A stretch of 56,761 bases of DNA from Acutalibacteraceae bacterium. Its GTDB lineage: Bacteria; Bacillota; Clostridia; Oscillospirales; Acutalibacteraceae. The DNA lies in NCBI GenBank assembly GCA_045577905.1, contig JAZNJE010000123.1, positions 1-56,761 on the forward strand. The letters run 5' to 3'. Numbering within the stretch: position 1 is the first letter of the stretch; every line of letters begins with the position of its first letter. Made by a program: the position numbers and the translations under genes. A model generated the notes under the pieces. That model was not told the DNA's origin. It saw only the letters and a program-made list of their open reading frames with translations, and ran no database searches. Below, piece after piece: positions 6,262 through 16,298 of this stretch.

Positions 6262-7620
6262 ATGAACATTATAATTGTAGGCGGCGGAAAGGTAGGCACA
6301 ACCCTTGCGAATCTTTTTTCAACTGAGGGTCACAGTGTTACCATTATTGATACCGCCCCAAAACTTATTGAAAACATTGTAAACGATTATGACGTAATCG
6401 GTTATTGCGGCAACGGTGCGTCCTTCCCCGTCCAGAACGAGGCAGGGGTATCCGCCTGCGACATTTTTATTGCGGTTACAGGCTCGGACGAACTTAATAT
6501 TATGAGTTGTCTTGTCGCCGAAAAACTCGGAGCAAAACACTCGGTTGCCCGTGTGAGAAACCCCGAATATTCTCTTCAAATGGACTTTTTGAAGGAAAGT
6601 CTCGGCATAGACCTTGTTATAAACCCCGATTATGAGTCGGCAAACGAAATATTCCGTGCTATTGAATTTCCTGCGGCTTCAAAGGTTGAAAGTTTTGCCA
6701 AAGGCAGGATAGACCTTGCCGAAATTACGATTGAAGAAAACAGTCCGCTGAACGGTTTGGCACTTTTTGACCTTAAAAAAGAGATTAAAGTTCCTATGCT
6801 CGTCTGTGCCGTACAAAGGGGAGACGAGGTTATTATTCCCTCGGGTAACTTTGTTATAAAAGCGGGGGATACCATTCACTTTACAGCCGCAAAACATAAT
6901 CTTTCGAAGATATTAAAAGCCCTCGATATGAAGACCAAGAAGATAAAATCGGTTTTGATACTGGGAGGAAGCCGAAGCGCCTATTATCTTGCGAAGGCAC
7001 TGATAAAGGCAGGTATTAAGGTGACGATAGTCGAATCCGACATAGGCAGGGCGACCGAACTTGAAACGGCACTCAGCGAGGCCACCGTAATCTGTGCTGA
7101 CGGTACCGATACCGAATTTCTTAACGAATACCACATTGAAAATATCGGGGCAACGGTTGCACTTACCGATACCGACGAGGAAAATATGGTCTTTTCAATT
7201 TACGCCGCAACTCATAATGTAGAAAAGACAATTTGCAAAATTACCCGTCCCGCACTTATTAAAATGCTTCCCTCGGTAAGCATAAACACAACCGTTATTT
7301 ATCCGCAAAGCATAACTTCAAACATTATTCTCCGCTATGTCAGGGCCGTAAACAATACAAAAGGTTCGCAGGTTGAAACGCTATACCGCTTGTTATACGG
7401 CAAGGCGGAGGCGGCGGAATTTATTGTGTCCGAAAATTCGGCGCTCGTCGGAAAGACTCTTCGTGAAATTACCCTTAAACCCAATGTTATAATTGCCTGT
7501 GTCAGCCGAAAAGGTACCGTAATTATACCCGACGGTAACACAACGGTCGAGGCGGGAGACAGCGTTATCGTAATTACGGCAGGTCAGGGCATTTCCGACC
7601 TTGACGAGATTGTTTTGTAA
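6262..7620 (+). CDS. trkA: Trk potassium uptake protein TrkA (two RCK/NAD-binding repeats)
   Basis: MNIIIVGGGKVG and a second LILGGSRSAYYLA Rossmann motif. ATG at 6262. Confidence 0.9.
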   Translation: MNIIIVGGGKVGTTLANLFSTEGHSVTIIDTAPKLIENIVNDYDVIGYCGNGASFPVQNEAGVSACDIFIAVTGSDELNIMSCLVAEKLGAKHSVARVRNPEYSLQMDFLKESLGIDLVINPDYESANEIFRAIEFPAASKVESFAKGRIDLAEITIEENSPLNGLALFDLKKEIKVPMLVCAVQRGDEVIIPSGNFVIKAGDTIHFTAAKHNLSKILKALDMKTKKIKSVLILGGSRSAYYLAKALIKAGIKVTIVESDIGRATELETALSEATVICADGTDTEFLNEYHIENIGATVALTDTDEENMVFSIYAATHNVEKTICKITRPALIKMLPSVSINTTVIYPQSITSNIILRYVRAVNNTKGSQVETLYRLLYGKAEAAEFIVSENSALVGKTLREITLKPNVIIACVSRKGTVIIPDGNTTVEAGDSVIVITAGQGISDLDEIVL

Positions 7621-7630
7621 GGAGTTTTGT

Positions 7631-9106
7631 ATGAATTACAGAATGGTTTTATATGTCTTAGGCAGAATACTCGGGGTTGAAGCGGCGTTGATGCTCTTGC
7701 CCCTTATCTGCTCGGTAATTTACGGGGAAGGGATACTGCCCTTTGTAATTCCGATTGCAATACTTCTCCTTTTGTTCTTTGCATTTTCCTTTAACCTCCC
7801 GAAAGATTCAACCATGAGGGCGCGCGACGGCTTCGTCTGTGTAGGCCTTTCCTGGATAGTAATGTCAGTATTTGGATGCCTGCCCTTTATTATAAGCGGA
7901 TATATTCCCTCGGTTGTAGATGCATTTTTTGAGACCGTCTCGGGCTTTACAACAACGGGAGCATCAATTTTATCCGACGTGGAGGTCATAGGAAGAGGAA
8001 TACTCCTCTGGAGGAGTTTTACCAATTGGATAGGCGGCATGGGAATACTTGTTTTTGTGATTGCCATTATGCCCCAAACCGACCTTAAAGGCAGCCGCCT
8101 TATGCACTTAATGAAGGCCGAGTCACCCGGCCCTTCGGTGGGAAAGGTAGTACCCCGCCTTGCACAGACGTCGAGGATTATGTACGGCATTTATATTGGA
8201 CTAACCCTGGCTCTTTTCATTTTTTTAGTGGCTGGAAAAATGCCTCTGTTTGATGCTGTATGCCACACGTTAAGTACGGCAGGCACGGGAGGTTTCGGAA
8301 TAAAGAACACCTCGATTGCCTCTTATTCTCCCTACTGCCAGTATGTTTTGGCAGTCTTTATGGTGCTTTTCGGCATCAACTTTAATGTTTATTATTTTAT
8401 GATTATAAGGCAGTTCTTAAAGGCTGTTAAAAGCGAAGAACTTTTTGTATATCTTACGCTAATCGTCCTTTCGGTAACCTCTATTTCACTTTTGGTTTAC
8501 AACTTTTATTCACAAAGTGGGTTCTTTGCCGCCGTATCGGGAGAAGAGGCATTCAGAATGTCCTTTTTCCAGGTTGCATCTATAATTTCAACCTCGGGAT
8601 TTTCGACCGTGGACTTCAACCTCTGGCCATCTTTGACCCACGTTATTTTAATTCTTTTAATGTTTGTCGGAGGGTCGGCAGGTTGTACTGCGGGCGGAAT
8701 AAAGGTTTCACGAATTATGTTGCTTGTTAAAAATGCGGCACGCGAAATAGGATATATTCTGAACCCCCGACTTGTCAAAACGGTTAAACTCGAAGGTAAA
8801 AGAATTGACCACGAAACGCTTAGAGGAACAACCTCCTACCTGATAGTTTATATTATGATTTTCATAGCATCTTTGCTTGCCGTCATTGCGGCGGAGGGCT
8901 GCGATTTGATTACCGGCTTTTCTTCGGTCACCGCCTGCATAAACAATATAGGTCCGGGACTCGGTATGGTAGGCCCTGCGTCAAATTTCGCTTGGATGAC
9001 CGATTTTTCAAAAATCATCCTTACATTTAATATGTTGGCAGGCCGACTTGAACTTTTCCCGATAATAATTCTTTTCTCCCGTTCAACATGGAAAAAGACA
9101 ATATAA
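7631..9106 (+). CDS. trkH: Trk potassium uptake permease TrkH
   Basis: Polytopic membrane protein with TrkH motifs (TTTGAS, STAGTGGF, GGSAGCTAGGIK). RBS AAGGAG precedes the ATG at 7631. Confidence 0.9.
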   Translation: MNYRMVLYVLGRILGVEAALMLLPLICSVIYGEGILPFVIPIAILLLLFFAFSFNLPKDSTMRARDGFVCVGLSWIVMSVFGCLPFIISGYIPSVVDAFFETVSGFTTTGASILSDVEVIGRGILLWRSFTNWIGGMGILVFVIAIMPQTDLKGSRLMHLMKAESPGPSVGKVVPRLAQTSRIMYGIYIGLTLALFIFLVAGKMPLFDAVCHTLSTAGTGGFGIKNTSIASYSPYCQYVLAVFMVLFGINFNVYYFMIIRQFLKAVKSEELFVYLTLIVLSVTSISLLVYNFYSQSGFFAAVSGEEAFRMSFFQVASIISTSGFSTVDFNLWPSLTHVILILLMFVGGSAGCTAGGIKVSRIMLLVKNAAREIGYILNPRLVKTVKLEGKRIDHETLRGTTSYLIVYIMIFIASLLAVIAAEGCDLITGFSSVTACINNIGPGLGMVGPASNFAWMTDFSKIILTFNMLAGRLELFPIIILFSRSTWKKTI

Positions 9107-9139
9107 AAAATCGCTCGGTATCTTACCGAGCGATTTTTA
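9105..9139. terminator. Bidirectional intrinsic terminator
   Basis: An 11-bp stem ATCGCTCGGTA/TACCGAGCGAT is flanked by A and T runs, between convergent genes. Confidence 0.7.
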
Positions 9140-9142
9140 TTT

Positions 9143-9685
9143 TTACAGTTCTACAAAGGTGGGTGTGTGATGGAAATTCGGCAGAAATTTTTCAAGAATA
9201 TCACTCATCTTTATTTTTAAGGAGGAAGAATTGAGACATGGATGGCACCCCAAATATTCATCCTTTAAAAGGTCCTTATCTATAATGAGCCGAACCTTTA
9301 TTTGTCGGTCGAAAATAAGACCCAAAACCGAAGCCGAACCGGGGGTGCAGCCAAGATACTCCTCCATAAACTCGCTCGGGGCAAAGGAAAGGCGGGAACA
9401 ACCGAGTTGAGGAGACAAAAACTTTGTTTTAAAGGGCTTTTCGCCCGGCATAACCAAAAGATAAAAATCGGTCTTTTGGGAGTTACACAAAAACAGATTT
9501 TTTGCTATTTTCACACCCAAAACCTCGGCAATTTCAAAGGTTCCCTCTATGGTGCCGATCTCCTCGTGGCTAACCCTTTGGTAGGGAATATTAAGAGATT
9601 CAAGGGCATCGTAGCAAAGTCCTTCTTTTTCGGTGCAGTCGGGTTTTCTCACCGTATAGACGGTCTTATCCTTGAAAAGTGACAT
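9143..9685 (-). CDS. YbaK/ProX-type aminoacyl-tRNA deacylase domain protein
   Basis: Length and motifs (KNLFLCN, LLVMPG.K, GC.PGS.S) fit the prolyl-tRNA-synthetase-associated editing domain family. Confidence 0.65.
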   Translation of the reverse strand: MSLFKDKTVYTVRKPDCTEKEGLCYDALESLNIPYQRVSHEEIGTIEGTFEIAEVLGVKIAKNLFLCNSQKTDFYLLVMPGEKPFKTKFLSPQLGCSRLSFAPSEFMEEYLGCTPGSASVLGLIFDRQIKVRLIIDKDLLKDEYLGCHPCLNSSSLKIKMSDILEKFLPNFHHTPTFVEL

Positions 9686-11073
9686 TATACCAATCTTCTT
9701 CCCATTAAAACACCCATTACGGATGCCATCATAAGCCCTCTCGTCCAGCCCGAGGAGTCGCCGAGGCAGTAAAGCCCCTTAACGTTTGTGTTGAAATCTT
9801 TATCCATCTTTACTCGGTTTGAGTAGAATTTAAGTTCGGGGGAATAAAGCAGGGTTTCTTCACTTGCAAAGCCGGGAACAACCTCATCGACCGCCTTGAT
9901 GAAATTGATGATGTTCATCATTGCACGGTAGGGCATTGCGGCGGTAATATCGCCTGCAACGGCATCGGGCAGGGTAGGACGGACGTTGGAATGGACAAGT
10001 TCCTTTGCCCAGGTGCGTTTTCCGTCGAGAATGTCGCCGAAGCGTTGTACCATAATATGTCCGGCACCGAGCATATTTGTCAATTCGCCCACCTTAACGG
10101 CATAGTCGATAGGCTGATTAAAGGGCTCAGAGAAGTTGTGAGAAACCAAAATGGCAAGGTTTGTATTGTTGGACTTTAATTCCTTATAAGAATGTCCGTT
10201 AACAACGGCAAGGTCGTTGTCATAATTTTCCTGACTGACAAAACCGCCGGGGTTCTGACAGAAGGTTCTAACCTTGTTTTTAAAGGGTTGAGGATAACCG
10301 ATAAGTTTTGATTCATACAAAACCTCGTTTACCTTTTCCATAATTTCATTTCTTACCTCAACCCTGACACCTATATCTACGGTGCCGGGCTGATGGGCAA
10401 TATCGTGCTCGGCACAGAGTTTTTCAAGCCAGTCGGCACCCCTGCGCCCCGTTGCAACAACAATATCGTCGGCCTCGATAACCTCTGTACCGCTGCCCTT
10501 TTGAATGACGACACCTTTGCAAACCCCGTTTTCGATTACGAGGTCATTACACTCGGCACCAAAAAGAAGTTCAACACCGTTATCGCGAAGATAGTTTTCG
10601 ATTGCAAGGTATATATCCTGTGCTTTTTCGGTGCCTAAGTGACGGATAGGACAGTCAACAAGTTTAAGGCCTGCCTTAATGGCACGCTTTCTTATCTCCT
10701 TAACCTCTGCCTCGTTGCCAATGCCCTCAATGTGACTGTCGGCACCGAAATCAAGATAGATTTTATCGGTGTAATGTATGGTTTCCTGTGCCAAATCTTC
10801 GCCGATAAGACCGGGCAAATCTCCGCCGACCTCATAGGAGAGGGAAAGTTTTCCGTCCGAGAAGGCACCTGCACCCGAAAAACCTGTTGTGATATGACAA
10901 CAGGGCTTGCAGTTTACACATTTGTGAGTTTTGGTTTTGGGGCAAGAACGTTTTTCGATAGGAGCACCCTTTTCAACGATAGCAATTTTTTTCTTACTAC
11001 CGAGTTTTAGCATTTCGATTGCGGTAAAAATACCTGCGGGACCTGCACCTACAATAACAACATCCTTTTTCAT
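9685..11073 (-). CDS. FAD-dependent oxidoreductase (COG2509-like)
   Basis: N-terminal VVIVGAGPAGIF dinucleotide-binding motif, followed by a Cys-rich insert and a conserved C-terminus GDSSGWTRG. Confidence 0.75.
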   Translation of the reverse strand: MKKDVVIVGAGPAGIFTAIEMLKLGSKKKIAIVEKGAPIEKRSCPKTKTHKCVNCKPCCHITTGFSGAGAFSDGKLSLSYEVGGDLPGLIGEDLAQETIHYTDKIYLDFGADSHIEGIGNEAEVKEIRKRAIKAGLKLVDCPIRHLGTEKAQDIYLAIENYLRDNGVELLFGAECNDLVIENGVCKGVVIQKGSGTEVIEADDIVVATGRRGADWLEKLCAEHDIAHQPGTVDIGVRVEVRNEIMEKVNEVLYESKLIGYPQPFKNKVRTFCQNPGGFVSQENYDNDLAVVNGHSYKELKSNNTNLAILVSHNFSEPFNQPIDYAVKVGELTNMLGAGHIMVQRFGDILDGKRTWAKELVHSNVRPTLPDAVAGDITAAMPYRAMMNIINFIKAVDEVVPGFASEETLLYSPELKFYSNRVKMDKDFNTNVKGLYCLGDSSGWTRGLMMASVMGVLMGRRLV

Positions 11074-11085
11074 ACTGAAACTCCT

Positions 11086-11619
11086 TTATTTTAATGCTCT
11101 TTTGAGGGGAGGGAGAAGAGTCTCCCTTATGATAACGCCTGCCGCAGACTGGACAACCAACATTACGGCAGAAAGCGGAACGCGTGAAATAAGCACGGCA
11201 GAGAAGGGCGAGCCGTAAAGAAGGCTTATCCAAAGAGAATTAAGCAGTAAGGATAAGAGAACCTCTTTTAAAAAGAGGCTTATGAGCAGGGAGATTAAAA
11301 AGATGCTTCTCTTATGTTCCCTGTTATCAACAGCACCCACCAGTCCAAAGAAAAATCCGTTTAAAAAAGCCGTCAAAGTAAAACCCGGAAAATAAGGGCC
11401 GAAGGGGAAGAGTAAGGCCCCTACAAAATCAGCAAGGGAGTATGAAAGACCTCCCCAAAAGGGACCGCATAAAAAGGCGGTAACCATAATCGGCAAAAAG
11501 GCAAAGCCAATGCTCATATTCCAGATATTGTAGGACAAAAACCTGCCCAAAACAATAGAAACGGCAGACATTATTGCCGAAAAAATAAGATACCTTAATC
11601 TTCTTTGGTTTTTACTCAT
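11086..11619 (-). CDS. folT: ECF-transporter S component, folate family (FolT-like)
   Basis: Small 5-6 TM protein directly downstream of a THF riboswitch. ATG at 11619 follows the RBS GGGAGGA. Confidence 0.75.
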   Translation of the reverse strand: MSKNQRRLRYLIFSAIMSAVSIVLGRFLSYNIWNMSIGFAFLPIMVTAFLCGPFWGGLSYSLADFVGALLFPFGPYFPGFTLTAFLNGFFFGLVGAVDNREHKRSIFLISLLISLFLKEVLLSLLLNSLWISLLYGSPFSAVLISRVPLSAVMLVVQSAAGVIIRETLLPPLKRALK

Positions 11620-11667
11620 AATAAATCCTCCCTTCCCGACAGTGGCAGAGAGGATAAAAGTTCCGGT

Positions 11668-11772
11668 CTGTTTAGCGGGATGCGGCAAACAAACCGTTGA
11701 AGCCGAACTTCCTTCGTCTGTCGGACAACTCCCCGTCCCGACAGCACTGAACGCTTGAATGCCTACTCTAAC
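11668..11772 (-). promoter_or_regulatory. THF (tetrahydrofolate) riboswitch
   Basis: The minus-strand RNA carries the conserved blocks AGAGUAG, GCGUUCAGUG, GGGA, ACGAAG and GCAUCCCGCU in the canonical order. A downstream AUCCUCUC can pair with the SD GGGAGGAU. Confidence 0.8.
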
Positions 11773-11932
11773 AGTTTATATATTACCATAAAACCCTAAA
11801 AAAAACAAGTTTTTATTAAAATAATCAATTTTATCTGTAAAGTATAAAATTTTTAGTCAAATTTGTTATAGAAATTCAGTCTTTTTTGTAGTATGATATA
11901 ATTGCTAAAATGTTTTATAAAGGGGTATAGAT

Positions 11933-13228
11933 ATGTCTAGCGTATTTACGAGAACCAACAAGACAGAAAAGGTCATTCAGTTTGGAGAGGGAGGCTTCCT
12001 CCGTGGATTTGCAGACTGGATGTTGCAAAAAATGAACGACAACGGCTCCTTTGACGGCAGCATTGTTGTAGTTCAGCCCATCGAACAGGGTATGTGCGAT
12101 ATGCTTGAAGCACAAAACTGCGGATACACCCATATTATCAGAGGTGCAGAGGGTGTTGACAAGACGGTTTGCAATGTTATTTCCCGTTGTGTAAAACCAT
12201 ATGATAATTTTGAGGAATATCTTGCCTTGGCAGAACAGCCCGAACTTCGTTTTGTTATATCAAATACCACCGAATCGGGAATTGTATTCTCGGCAGAGGA
12301 CAAGATAACCGATACCCCCCCGAAAAGTTTCCCCGCAAAGGTAACACTACTTTTAAAGAAAAGATATGAACTCGGTCTTAACGGCTTTGTTTTTCTCCCG
12401 TGCGAACTTATCGACCGCAACGGAGACAACCTTAAAAAATGCGTTTTGCAGTATGCCGACCTTTGGAATCTGGGCGACGGTTTCAAGTCTTTTGTAAACG
12501 ACCAAAACATCTTTACAAACACCCTTGTTGACCGCATCAACACAGGATTCCCCAAGGGCGAGGATATAGACCTCGGATATGAGGACAATATGCTCAACAC
12601 TTCGGAATATTTCCACCTTTGGGTAATCGAAACAGAGCACGATTTGGAGAGCGAACTCCCCTTTACAAAGGCAGGACTCAACGTTATCGTAACACGTGAC
12701 CAGTTAGAGAGATACAGAACCCGTAAGGTAAGAATTTTAAACGGCGCACACACCTCTATGGTTCCATACGCACTTTTATCGGGACTTGAAACGGTAAAGG
12801 ACGCCGTCGAGGACGAGGTAATGTCAAAGCACCTTAAAAAGTGTGTTTTCGATGAGATTATTCCCACCCTTGACCTTGATAAGGAGGAACTTTTGGACTA
12901 TGCCGAGAATGTTATGGTCCGCTTCTCAAATCCCTATATCAAGCATTATCTTTCTTCCATTGCACTAAACTCGGTTTCCAAGTTTAAGGTAAGAGTTTTG
13001 CCTTCTATTCTCGAATATCATAAGCGTTTCGGAAAACTGCCCGAGACACTTACTTTCTCTCTTGCAAAACTTATCGAGTTCTATCATACCGATATGACCA
13101 ACGACGACCCCAAGGTTACCGAATTTATGAAGACCGCCTCTGTTGAAGAGGTTTTGGCAAATACAGAACTTTGGGATACTGATCTTTCATTTATGGTAAA
13201 AGAGGTAAAGAAAAATGTTAATAAATAA
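11933..13228 (+). CDS. uxaB: Tagaturonate reductase (altronate oxidoreductase)
   Basis: Mannitol-dehydrogenase-family protein with the N-terminus IQFGEGGFLRGF, adjacent to uxaA. Confidence 0.85.
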   Translation: MSSVFTRTNKTEKVIQFGEGGFLRGFADWMLQKMNDNGSFDGSIVVVQPIEQGMCDMLEAQNCGYTHIIRGAEGVDKTVCNVISRCVKPYDNFEEYLALAEQPELRFVISNTTESGIVFSAEDKITDTPPKSFPAKVTLLLKKRYELGLNGFVFLPCELIDRNGDNLKKCVLQYADLWNLGDGFKSFVNDQNIFTNTLVDRINTGFPKGEDIDLGYEDNMLNTSEYFHLWVIETEHDLESELPFTKAGLNVIVTRDQLERYRTRKVRILNGAHTSMVPYALLSGLETVKDAVEDEVMSKHLKKCVFDEIIPTLDLDKEELLDYAENVMVRFSNPYIKHYLSSIALNSVSKFKVRVLPSILEYHKRFGKLPETLTFSLAKLIEFYHTDMTNDDPKVTEFMKTASVEEVLANTELWDTDLSFMVKEVKKNVNK

Positions 13229-14588
13229 ACTTGATAATGTCGAGGTAAACCTCGAAACAGGACATAAATTTGCCCGCACCGATATTAAAGAGGGCGAAAA
13301 CATAATTAAGTATGGCAATCCCATCGGTCACGCAGTCTGTGACATTAAAAAGGGCGAGCAGGTACACACCCACAATATGAAAACCAATCTTTCGGGAATT
13401 ATCGAGTATAATTACACCGAATTTAAGGACACCGAGCACGACAGCGAGTATAAGGACAGGACCTTTATGGGATATATCCGTGAGGACGGAAGTGTCGCCA
13501 TCCGCAACGAAATCTGGATAGTAAACACTGTCGGTTGCGTAAACAAGGTGTCTGAGGAACTTGCCCGCCTTACGGGAGCATTGCATTTCCCCCATCCTTT
13601 CGGCTGCTCCCAACTCGGCGATGACCAGTCAACCACCCAAAAGATTTTAAAGGGTATGGTAAACCACCCCAACGCCGCAGGTGTTTTGGTTTTGGGACTT
13701 GGATGTGAGAACAATAATATTGATGTTTTCAAGGAAGTGCTCGGCGAATATAACCCCGACCGAGTAAAGTTCCTCAACTGTCAGGATTTTGAGGACGATA
13801 TTGCCGAGGGCGTAAAACTTATAAACCAACTCAAAGAGTATGCTTCAAGGTTTACCCGTCAGCCGGTACCCGTTTCTGCTCTTAAAGTAGGACTTAAATG
13901 CGGCGGTTCGGACGGATTTTCGGGCATTACCGCAAACCCGTTGGTCGGCAGATTTTCCGATATGCTGATTGATGCGGGCGGAACAAGCGTGCTGACCGAG
14001 GTTCCCGAAATGTTCGGAGCAGAGCATCTTTTGATGGCAAGAGCCGAATCGAGAGAAGTCTTTGACAAAACGGTTGCTCTTATCAACAACTTTAAGGAGT
14101 ATTATGACCGTCACAATCAGGTTATCTATGAAAACCCCTCTCCCGGAAACAAAAAGGGAGGCATTACCACCCTTGAGGAAAAATCGCTCGGCTGTGTACA
14201 AAAGGCAGGCTCACGTGCGGTAGTCGATGTGCTTGATTACGGCGATACACTTACCAAAAACGGACTCAATCTGCTTAATGGCCCCGGCAATGATATTGTT
14301 GCCATAACAAACCTTATGGCGGCAGGCGCTCACATCATTCTCTTCACAACGGGAAGAGGAACCCCCGTCGGTGCACCGGTGCCCACCGTAAAGGTCTCAA
14401 CAAACACCCCCCTTGCCGAGAAGAAGAGCCGTTGGATTGACTATAACGCAGGACAGATTCTTGACGGTATTGACTGTGACAAAGATTTCTTTGAATATGT
14501 CCTCTCGGTTGCAGAGGGCAAGGAAACGGTAAACGAAAAGTATGGATATCGAGAAATCTCAATATTCAAAGACGGCGTAGTACTATAA
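13215..14588 (+). CDS. uxaA: Altronate dehydratase
   Basis: N-terminal SAF domain (GHKFA...G..I.KYG..IG) and a UxaA-family C-terminus. It overlaps uxaB by 14 nt. Confidence 0.85.
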   Translation: MLINKLDNVEVNLETGHKFARTDIKEGENIIKYGNPIGHAVCDIKKGEQVHTHNMKTNLSGIIEYNYTEFKDTEHDSEYKDRTFMGYIREDGSVAIRNEIWIVNTVGCVNKVSEELARLTGALHFPHPFGCSQLGDDQSTTQKILKGMVNHPNAAGVLVLGLGCENNNIDVFKEVLGEYNPDRVKFLNCQDFEDDIAEGVKLINQLKEYASRFTRQPVPVSALKVGLKCGGSDGFSGITANPLVGRFSDMLIDAGGTSVLTEVPEMFGAEHLLMARAESREVFDKTVALINNFKEYYDRHNQVIYENPSPGNKKGGITTLEEKSLGCVQKAGSRAVVDVLDYGDTLTKNGLNLLNGPGNDIVAITNLMAAGAHIILFTTGRGTPVGAPVPTVKVSTNTPLAEKKSRWIDYNAGQILDGIDCDKDFFEYVLSVAEGKETVNEKYGYREISIFKDGVVL

Positions 14589-14590
14589 AC

Positions 14591-14618
14591 AAAAAAGACC
14601 CGCAAGGGTCTTTTTTTG
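14591..14618 (+). terminator. Intrinsic terminator after uxaA
   Basis: AAGACCC-GCAA-GGGTCTT followed by a T-run. Confidence 0.8.
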
Positions 14619-14769
14619 TTATACAAGGAAACAGTCTGATCGATTTCCCAAGCGGATTGCTTTGATTCATAACCGACAGTCGCCGACGCCCATCTCTACA
14701 AGTTTTTATGATTACTTGCTTTCTTTGATTGCAGTCTGCGGCGTGAGTAGGCGGGCTGTTGGCACAAAA

Positions 14770-15615
14770 TTACGATTGTTTTTCAAAGCCTATAAGCAAG
14801 CCGCCTTTTTCGGCATAAAAGCTGCAAAGAGCGGCACAACTATAAATTTGAATGTCGGGATTTTGGAATTTAGAAAGCAGAAGGACCGAGAGTTTTTTGG
14901 CGGCATTTTCGTTAAAACAATGGGTGATTCTTATTTTACCACCGTTATAGCCTTCTTTTTCAAGTTGTAAAACAATGCTTTCGAGAGCACGCTCTTCGCC
15001 GCGGCATTTATGCAGCGGCTGGAGGTCGCCTTGTTCGCTTGCCTTTCCGACAACGCGTATTCCGAGAAGCCCTGCCGCTTTGGCCACGATGGGATTTACT
15101 CTGCCGTTGTTGGCAAGATTTCTCATAGATTCAAGCATAAAGAGAAGTCCGGTCTTTTGGCGATATTCGCAAACCTTTTCGCAAACACTTTGAAAAGGCA
15201 GACCTGATAGCACGAGTTCCTTTGTTTTTTCAATAAGAAGAGCCATTTCGGGACCGGTGGAAAGGGTGTTCATTACGAAAACCTTGCGGTCGGGATGTTC
15301 CTCTTCGTATTCTTGTTTCGCAAGACAAGCCGAATTGTAACTACCCGAAAGGGTAGCCGTAATCGTGAAACAGTATATTTCTTCGGCATCGCCGAAAACC
15401 TTTAACCAATCATTATTGTTTGGGCAAGAGGTGGAAGATTTACCTTTGTATCGGCTGAGGTCATCGATCATTCCTTTGCGGTCGAGATCCTCGGTATCCA
15501 CATACTCTTTTTCATCGGTCAATATTTTAAGCGGGGCCGATTCAAAACTGAAGGAATCGAGAAAAAAGAGGTCGGCAGATGAGTCTGCTACAATTTTTAC
15601 GCGTTTTTCTGACAT
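14770..15615 (-). CDS. DegV-family fatty-acid-binding protein
   Basis: The DegV N-terminus (IVADSSADL) and overall length fit the family. Confidence 0.85.
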   Translation of the reverse strand: MSEKRVKIVADSSADLFFLDSFSFESAPLKILTDEKEYVDTEDLDRKGMIDDLSRYKGKSSTSCPNNNDWLKVFGDAEEIYCFTITATLSGSYNSACLAKQEYEEEHPDRKVFVMNTLSTGPEMALLIEKTKELVLSGLPFQSVCEKVCEYRQKTGLLFMLESMRNLANNGRVNPIVAKAAGLLGIRVVGKASEQGDLQPLHKCRGEERALESIVLQLEKEGYNGGKIRITHCFNENAAKKLSVLLLSKFQNPDIQIYSCAALCSFYAEKGGLLIGFEKQS

Positions 15616-15626
15616 AAAACACCTTC

Positions 15627-16298
15627 CTAAATTATATAAAAGAATATCGAGATGAACTGCAAAATACTGCCTATTACTACAAAGAGGTGGAAAACCGAGT
15701 GGATATATCGGCGCTTTTTACCGAAACCGTAAAAGACGGCGCCTACGGTATAGGATATACCTCCCCAAAGGAGCCACAGAAAACCCCTTAAAGAGACCGC
15801 CTTCAAGGCGATGGGTGCGGCAATAATTATGCACCAGCCCATACCGATATAGCATATCATAGAAAGCACGGAATATTTTTTAAGGTCAACGGCAGTCAGG
15901 GTAACCGCCAAAGCGGTAAGCCCCCACTCGATACCGAAAATGAGCCAACACCAAAGGGGCGATACGGTACGGATTGCCGAAAATAAAATGGGTGTATATG
16001 TTCCCGCTATGAGAAAATATATCGTGCAATGGTCGAGAACCTGAAAGACCTTTTTTGCGGTCGAGCATTTTAATGCGTGGTAAATGCTCGACATTGTGTA
16101 AAGGGCGATTAGCGATGCTCCGTAGATGGCACAGCCTACAACCCCCCAAGGGTCGGACGAAAAAGCGGATTTCAAAACCGTGAGGACGAGCGCAATAACA
16201 CCGAAACCACCGCCGACTGTGTGGGAAACAAAGTTAAAAATTTCTTCGCTCTGTGTGTAGTCGGGCAAAGATCGGGCAGAGAGGGGTGTCCGGTTCAT
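15627..16298 (-). CDS. Hemolysin III / PAQR-family membrane protein
   Basis: Seven TM segments with the SxxxH and HxFVxxG motifs (SSIYHA, HLFVVIGS). Confidence 0.85.
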   Translation of the reverse strand: MNRTPLSARSLPDYTQSEEIFNFVSHTVGGGFGVIALVLTVLKSAFSSDPWGVVGCAIYGASLIALYTMSSIYHALKCSTAKKVFQVLDHCTIYFLIAGTYTPILFSAIRTVSPLWCWLIFGIEWGLTALAVTLTAVDLKKYSVLSMICYIGMGWCIIIAAPIALKAVSLRGFLWLLWGGISYTVGAVFYGFGKKRRYIHSVFHLFVVIGSILQFISIFFYII

